Below, piece by piece: positions 6,508 to 11,017 of a stretch of 11,017 nt of DNA. The DNA lies in contig CAZEBC010000135.1 in the NCBI GenBank assembly GCA_964510165.1, forward strand, positions 1-11,017, given 5' to 3'. Under the pieces are notes generated by a model that had not been told where the DNA came from, did not search any database, and worked only from the letters and a program-made list of their open reading frames with translations. How positions within the stretch are numbered: the stretch's first letter is position 1; every line of letters begins with the position of its first letter. The DNA is from an uncultured bacterium (lineage in GTDB: Bacteria > Abyssobacteria > SURF-5). The position numbers and the translations under genes were made by a program.

Positions 6508-7635
6508 ATGCAAGCCTTCAAGGCGCTCGCTGAAGCCGCCGACACAAGGCACAACCGCTTCGTTCATGACTGGAAAGCACAAGGGAAAAAGGCCGTCGGC
6601 TACGTGTGCACGTACATGCCCGAGGAGATTCTCTTCGCCGCCGATATCCTCCCCTATCGCATTACCGGCAAAAGCGTTACGGACACCTCCCGCGCCGATT
6701 CCTACCTCACCCGGGTGAATTGCACATTTTCCCGATGTTGTCTCGAAGTCGGCATGAGCGGCGGATTCGACTTCCTGGATGGCGCGGCGTTCGTCAACGG
6801 CTGCGACCATATACGCCGGGCATACGACAACTGGAAAGCGCACGAAAGCGCGCTCCCGTTCATGTACATCCTCCCCGTCCCGCACGTCCTGAGCGACGAC
6901 GGCCTCCAATGGTACAAGGAGGAAGTTGTCAAGCTCAAGGAATCTGTCGAGGAGCATTTCGCCGTGACCATCACGGAGAAGAACCTGAAGGAAGCCATAA
7001 AGACATACAACGAAACCAGATCGCTCCTGAAACAGATGTACGATTTGAGGGCCGCTGACCAGCCCGCACTCACCGGCGCCGAGACGATGACCGTCCTGGC
7101 CGCCGCAAGCTCGATGCCCAAACCCCAATTTAACAAGCTCTTAAGACAACTGCTCGACGAGGCGCAGAAGAGAAAGAAAGCGCCGCCGCCAAAATTCCGC
7201 CTGCTCGTCGCCGGCAGCATGATGGACGAGCCGCAGTTCCTCGCCAACGTCGAGGAACTCGGGGCGACAGTCGTCGCCGACGCGCTCTGCTTCGGCGCGC
7301 GCAGTTTCTGGGACCTGACCGAGGAGAACGGCGACCCCTTCGACGCGCTCGTCCGGCGCTACTACTATCATGTGCCGTGCCCCCGCATGGCTGGCCAGTA
7401 CGGCAGACGACGGGCGTTCGTCATGGAGCAGGCCGAGCACGCCAATGTGGACGGCGCGATCCTCGAGCACATCAAGTTCTGCGATATCCACGGCACGGAC
7501 AACGCCCTGTTGAAGGGAGACCTTGAGAAGGCGGGCATCCCCGCAATCGAACTCGAGCGCCAATACGGGCCGCTCGCCGACGCGGGCAGAATCCGCACTC
7601 GTATTCAGGCATTCCTGGAAAGGATTCGGAGATAG
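6508..7635 (+). CDS. HAD/BCR-family Fe-S subunit (HgdB/BcrC/BzdN-like), six-Cys double-cubane-type pattern
   Basis: WKAQGKKAVGYVCTYMPEEIL.AA.ILPYR, ADSYL..NC.FSR, FLDG..FVNGCDHIRR, DALCFGAR, VPCPR, VDGAI...KFCD.HG, GRIRTRIQAFLE. ATG 6508 has AAAGGA 8 nt upstream (track start is 6499). Confidence 0.88.
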   Translation: MQAFKALAEAADTRHNRFVHDWKAQGKKAVGYVCTYMPEEILFAADILPYRITGKSVTDTSRADSYLTRVNCTFSRCCLEVGMSGGFDFLDGAAFVNGCDHIRRAYDNWKAHESALPFMYILPVPHVLSDDGLQWYKEEVVKLKESVEEHFAVTITEKNLKEAIKTYNETRSLLKQMYDLRAADQPALTGAETMTVLAAASSMPKPQFNKLLRQLLDEAQKRKKAPPPKFRLLVAGSMMDEPQFLANVEELGATVVADALCFGARSFWDLTEENGDPFDALVRRYYYHVPCPRMAGQYGRRRAFVMEQAEHANVDGAILEHIKFCDIHGTDNALLKGDLEKAGIPAIELERQYGPLADAGRIRTRIQAFLERIRR

Positions 7636-7638
7636 ACC

Positions 7639-8997
7639 ATGACTGAAACCAACGCGCTCCAACGAATGGTCGATGCCTTCACGCAAGGCTCCATGCTGCC
7701 GGAGGACCTGGACCTCGATTCGCCCGAGATGCAGGCCATCCTCGCCATGCTGCCCGAAGCCCGCAAAAACATGGTCCTCGCGATGGCGAAAGACCCCGAC
7801 GTGCGGAAAATGTCCGCCGTCTTCAACCGAAACCAGGGCAAGTTCTGGCAGAGCGTGCTCTCCGCCAAGGACCAAGGAAAGAAAATTGTATTTCTCCCAT
7901 TCAATTTCTCTCCCGAGATTTTCCACGCAATGGACATGGTGCCCGTCTGCGTCGAGGTGTTAACCACTATGGCGCTCACCCTCGAGGAGGGTGTCGAGCC
8001 GTACCTTGACCTCGCCGTCGAACGCGGCCTGCCCGACACGATGTGCTCGGCCCAGCGCGGCGTCGTCGGCCTGTTCGAGGCCGGCATCCTCGATAAGCCC
8101 GACCTCCTCGTCAACGGCGCGCTCGGCGGTTGCGACCCCAACTCGAAAGCCTTCGAGTATATGGCCGAGAAATTCGACATCCCAGTCCTCTATCTCGACC
8201 TGCCGTATTACCATGACAAGCGCGCAATCGGTTACTACGCGAAGGGCTTCCGCAAAGTGGTCGAGGCCCTCGAGGAAATTAATGGCCGAAAACTCGATCC
8301 CGACCGCCTTCGCGAGGTGGTCAACCAGACCAACAAGGCCACCGAACTCTTCATGGAGATCAACGAACTCAAACGGCACGTGCCGAACCCCGTTCCGAAT
8401 TACTACAACATCCATCATACCGGCACGAAGCTGATGATGGCCGGCACGCCCGACGCGGTCGACTACTACCAGACTGCATACGATATCAGCAAGCAGCGCC
8501 TCAAACAAGGCAAGCACGTGATGCCGGAGGAACGCATCCGCGTCTTCTTCATGTACACAGGCTACTATTTCGACAACTCCATCTTCTCATGGTTCCAGGA
8601 GGAGATGGGCGCCACATACGTGATGGACGTGTTGAATGCGTTCGATTTCAATCCCATCGTTGACACGACAAGCGTGGACACGATGCTCGACGGGCTGTCG
8701 GAAGTAATGTTCAACCTGCCGATGACGCGCCAACTCAAGGGCAGTTGGAACATGGACTCCAACTGGCTCCACGACACGCTCTATTACGCGCGCACCTACA
8801 AGGCCGACTGCTGCGTGTTCACCGGGCACACCGCCTGCAAGCAGGCCTGGGGCGTGTACCGGCTCGTCGCCGACGAGGTCAAGAAACAGCTTGGCATTCC
8901 TTCGCTCCGGCTCGAGGGCGACGGCTGGGATTCTCGCATCACCCCCATGTCCGTCATCAAGGAACAATTCGAGGAATTCTTCGCAACGATCTTATAG
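7639..8997 (+). CDS. HAD/BCR-family catalytic Fe-S subunit (HgdA/BcrB/BzdO-like)
   Basis: 452 aa. PEIFHAMD.VP..VE, GLPDTMCSAQRG, PDLLV....GCD..SK.FE, IPVLYLDLPY, GHTACKQ, LGIPSLRLEGD..DSR. Starts 3 nt after the upstream stop with GGAG RBS. Confidence 0.86.
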   Translation: MTETNALQRMVDAFTQGSMLPEDLDLDSPEMQAILAMLPEARKNMVLAMAKDPDVRKMSAVFNRNQGKFWQSVLSAKDQGKKIVFLPFNFSPEIFHAMDMVPVCVEVLTTMALTLEEGVEPYLDLAVERGLPDTMCSAQRGVVGLFEAGILDKPDLLVNGALGGCDPNSKAFEYMAEKFDIPVLYLDLPYYHDKRAIGYYAKGFRKVVEALEEINGRKLDPDRLREVVNQTNKATELFMEINELKRHVPNPVPNYYNIHHTGTKLMMAGTPDAVDYYQTAYDISKQRLKQGKHVMPEERIRVFFMYTGYYFDNSIFSWFQEEMGATYVMDVLNAFDFNPIVDTTSVDTMLDGLSEVMFNLPMTRQLKGSWNMDSNWLHDTLYYARTYKADCCVFTGHTACKQAWGVYRLVADEVKKQLGIPSLRLEGDGWDSRITPMSVIKEQFEEFFATIL

Positions 8998-9009
8998 GAT
9001 GATGCAATC

Positions 9010-9795
9010 ATGATTGTAGCTGGATGCGATGTAGGCTCATTGACCGCAGAAGCCGTCATCATGAACAACGGCACGATACTCGCCTCCGAGATCATCCGGG
9101 TCCGGCCCACGGCTGAGCAATCGGCCAGGGATGTGATGGACCGGGCGCTCTCGCGGCTCGGCATCTCGTACGGCGATATCAATTACTGCGTCAGCACGGG
9201 GTACGGTCGCGAGACGATCCCGTTCGCCAACGACAACATCAGCGAAATATCGTGCCACGGCCGCGGCGCCCAATGGCTGATCCCGTCGGTCCGAACTGTC
9301 ATAGACATCGGCGGGCAGGATTGCAAGGCGATACGAGTGGACGGCGGCGGGCTGCTCGAGGATTTCGTAATGAACGACAAATGCGCCGCCGGCACCGGGC
9401 GCTCGCTCGAACTCATGGCCGAGGCGCTCGGCGTTGACATCTCGGAACTCGGGCCGCTCTCGCTCCAGGCCTCAAGCCCCGTCGTTATCACCAATCAGTG
9501 CAGCATCTTCGCAGAAATGGAAATCCTTCATTACATGTGCGAGGAGAGGAGCATCTCCGACATCGCGGCAGGAATCAACGAGTCAATGGCCCGCCGGGTT
9601 AAGATGCTTGTGGGCAGAGTCGGCATCAAGAAAGAAGTCGGCATGACGGGCGGCGTTTCCAAAAATGTCGGCGTCGTCAAGTTCCTGGAGAAAATGCTCG
9701 GCGCGAATTTCGTCCAGTTCCCCGTGGACCCGCAGATCATAGGCGCGCTCGGCGCCGCCATCTTCGCCGGCGAAAAAGCAAGAAAGGTCGCTTGA
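9010..9795 (+). CDS. ASKHA-type [4Fe-4S] ATPase activator 1 (HgdC/BcrA/BzdQ-like)
   Basis: 261 aa. GCDVGSLT, STGYGR, EISCHGRG, VIDIGGQDCK, MNDKCAAGTGR (C125), QCSIFAE (C164), MTGGVSKN, PQIIGALGAA. Confidence 0.93.
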   Translation: MIVAGCDVGSLTAEAVIMNNGTILASEIIRVRPTAEQSARDVMDRALSRLGISYGDINYCVSTGYGRETIPFANDNISEISCHGRGAQWLIPSVRTVIDIGGQDCKAIRVDGGGLLEDFVMNDKCAAGTGRSLELMAEALGVDISELGPLSLQASSPVVITNQCSIFAEMEILHYMCEERSISDIAAGINESMARRVKMLVGRVGIKKEVGMTGGVSKNVGVVKFLEKMLGANFVQFPVDPQIIGALGAAIFAGEKARKVA

Positions 9796-9828
9796 CATTC
9801 GCGTAATTCGTTGAATTCGTGACATTCG
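9793..9828 (+). repeat. 4 x 9-bp imperfect tandem repeat (NNNNATTCG)
   Basis: tgacattcg / cgtaattcg / ttgaattcg / tgacattcg; ATTCG at 9797, 9806, 9815 and 9824; first and last units identical. Confidence 0.7.
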
Positions 9829-9862
9829 TCATCCAAATCTCTGATACGCCAAGGAGCTCATA

Positions 9863-10642
9863 ATGATCTACGCCGGATGTGATCTCGGCGCCGTCGCAGC
9901 AAAGCTGGCGCTCACTCAAGACGGTACCATCCTCGCCTGCGAGACGCTCGCGTATCGCAACCTCCCAAAACAAGCCTCCGCAAGCGTGCTGGAGGCGGCG
10001 CTCCGCAAAGCCGGAGTCAAGCGTGACGACATCGCCCATTGCGTCGCCACCGGTTTTGGAAGAAAGCGCGTGGACTACGCACAGGCGGACGTGCCTGAAG
10101 TGATGTGCCTCAGCCGCGCCATCCGACATCTCGCTCCCGCTGTCCGCACCGTCATCGACGTCGGCGGCCAGAGCATCCGCGCATTTAATCTCGGCGAGAA
10201 TGGAAAGATCACTGACTCCACAAACAACGAGAAGTGTGCCGCCGGAACCGGAAAATTCATCGAGGTGATGGCCAAGGCGCTCGAGTTACCGCTCGACCGG
10301 CTCGGCGAACTCGCGCTCGCCTCGAAAGAACCCGTCTCCATCACGAGCCAGTGCGGAGTGTTCGCCGAAAGCGAAGTGATTACCTATGTCAACAAGGGCA
10401 GGGACCGCGCCGACATCATCGCCGGCATCAACCGCTCCGTCGCCGGTAAGACGGCCTCGCTCGTGAGACGGATCAGCCTGACCGAAAAAGTCGCGCTCGT
10501 CGGCGGAGTCGCCAAAAACGCCGGAGTTGTCCGCGACCTCCAACAAGAGCTCGGCATACGCCTGGCCGCGCTCGAGGTTGACCCTCAGCTTGTGGCCGCG
10601 CTTGGCGCCGCCCTCCTCGCCAAGGACAAATCCACTCGGTGA
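9863..10642 (+). CDS. ASKHA-type [4Fe-4S] ATPase activator 2, divergent (BcrD/BzdP-like role)
   Basis: 259 aa. GCDLGAVAAK, ATGFGR, VIDVGGQSIR, NNEKCAAGTGK (C125), QCGVFAESEVI (C164), LVGGVAKN, PQLVAALGAA. AAGGAG RBS. Confidence 0.92.
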   Translation: MIYAGCDLGAVAAKLALTQDGTILACETLAYRNLPKQASASVLEAALRKAGVKRDDIAHCVATGFGRKRVDYAQADVPEVMCLSRAIRHLAPAVRTVIDVGGQSIRAFNLGENGKITDSTNNEKCAAGTGKFIEVMAKALELPLDRLGELALASKEPVSITSQCGVFAESEVITYVNKGRDRADIIAGINRSVAGKTASLVRRISLTEKVALVGGVAKNAGVVRDLQQELGIRLAALEVDPQLVAALGAALLAKDKSTR

Positions 10643-10691
10643 CCATTTGTGTCCTTCGTGGATAAATCTGTTCTCTTCTCGTCGCCGCGCT

Positions 10692-10717
10692 GTAGAGACG
10701 GCCCTCCGTGGCCGCCC
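10692..10717 (+). repeat. Degenerate GTAG-type REP-like palindrome
   Basis: GTAGagaCGGCC-ctccgt-GGCCGccc, about 50 nt after the last stop of the operon. Confidence 0.45.
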
Positions 10718-10738
10718 GAGTGCCCGCGCTAAAAATAA

Positions 10739-11017
10739 AGCTCCTCACAAGAATTTGTGGGTAGTTTTTCATCAGAATCCGAGGATTTAGTCAAGGATGA
10801 AACCCCGTAAGGGGCGGCCTGAAAGGCCGTCCTTGACGAAATCTCCGAGGATTCTGCTAACATTCTGAAAGGGAAGAAGGAAGAAATGGCGCAGAGACTT
10901 CCCAATTTGGCGAGAAGCTGGAACTGTCCTACCCGCTCAGAATACATAGACCAATACATTTCTTCCTTCTTCCTCAATAACCCTTTGATAATAAATAACT
11001 TACAAACCAAAAAAGGC
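10739..11017 (+). mobile_element. Probable terminal non-coding region of an insertion sequence (ISL3-like), continuing beyond the window
   Basis: AGCTCCTCACAAGAATTTGTGGGTAG resembles ISL3 terminal repeats as I recall them (GGYTCWTC...GTGG), preceded by an AT-rich 8-mer AAAAATAA. It is followed by nested inverted repeats, a TTGACG/TGcTAACAT promoter candidate, an IHF consensus and a drop in GC content. No transposase is visible in the window. Confidence 0.4.

Noticed and set aside
6328-7926. 266-aa and 261-aa minus-strand ORFs
   Set aside because: Shadow frames opposite the two Fe-S subunit genes; no recognisable family features.
9793-9828. CRISPR array or promoter (TTGACA at 9792-9797)
   Set aside because: Units are only 9 bp with no spacers of CRISPR size and no cas genes. 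No convincing -10 lies at the proper distance from this TTGACA.
6508-10642. Assigning the symbols bcrCBAD, bzdNOPQ or hgdABC
   Set aside because: Superfamily membership is clear, but orthology and substrate cannot be established by eye, and supporting pathway genes are absent from the window.
412-10642. All eight genes forming one functional system (quinone + cytochrome c + reductase)
   Set aside because: Separate promoter candidates and long gaps divide them into at least four units; co-orientation alone is not evidence of shared function.
10729-11010. 93-aa minus-strand ORF as a transposase fragment or small protein
   Set aside because: No transposase motifs; it crosses nested inverted repeats that indicate non-coding structure.

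Overview
GC-rich bacterial chromosomal window with all recognisable genes on the + strand. In order: a short family-4 glycoside hydrolase remnant; a stand-alone dihydrolipoamide dehydrogenase (lpdA); a long-chain polyprenyl diphosphate synthase; a system II cytochrome c maturation pair (ResB/CcsB-like and CcsA/ResC); and a four-gene operon of the 2-hydroxyacyl-CoA dehydratase / class I benzoyl-CoA reductase (HAD/BCR) superfamily. The last is the most interesting feature. It has two Fe-S subunits and two divergent ASKHA ATPase activators. One Fe-S subunit has the six-Cys pattern expected for a double-cubane [8Fe-9S] cluster, the ATPases carry different ATP-motif substitutions, and no substrate-pathway genes are adjacent, so it may be an uncharacterised ATP-driven low-potential reductase. 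The intergenic DNA is information-rich: a candidate sigma54 promoter with IHF site and enhancer-like palindromes upstream of resB, several sigma70 promoters, four GTAG REP-like hairpins and other palindromic repeats, a 9-bp periodic repeat, and a highly structured segment at the right edge resembling the end of an ISL3-family element. All calls come from reading motifs by eye; no database searches were run.
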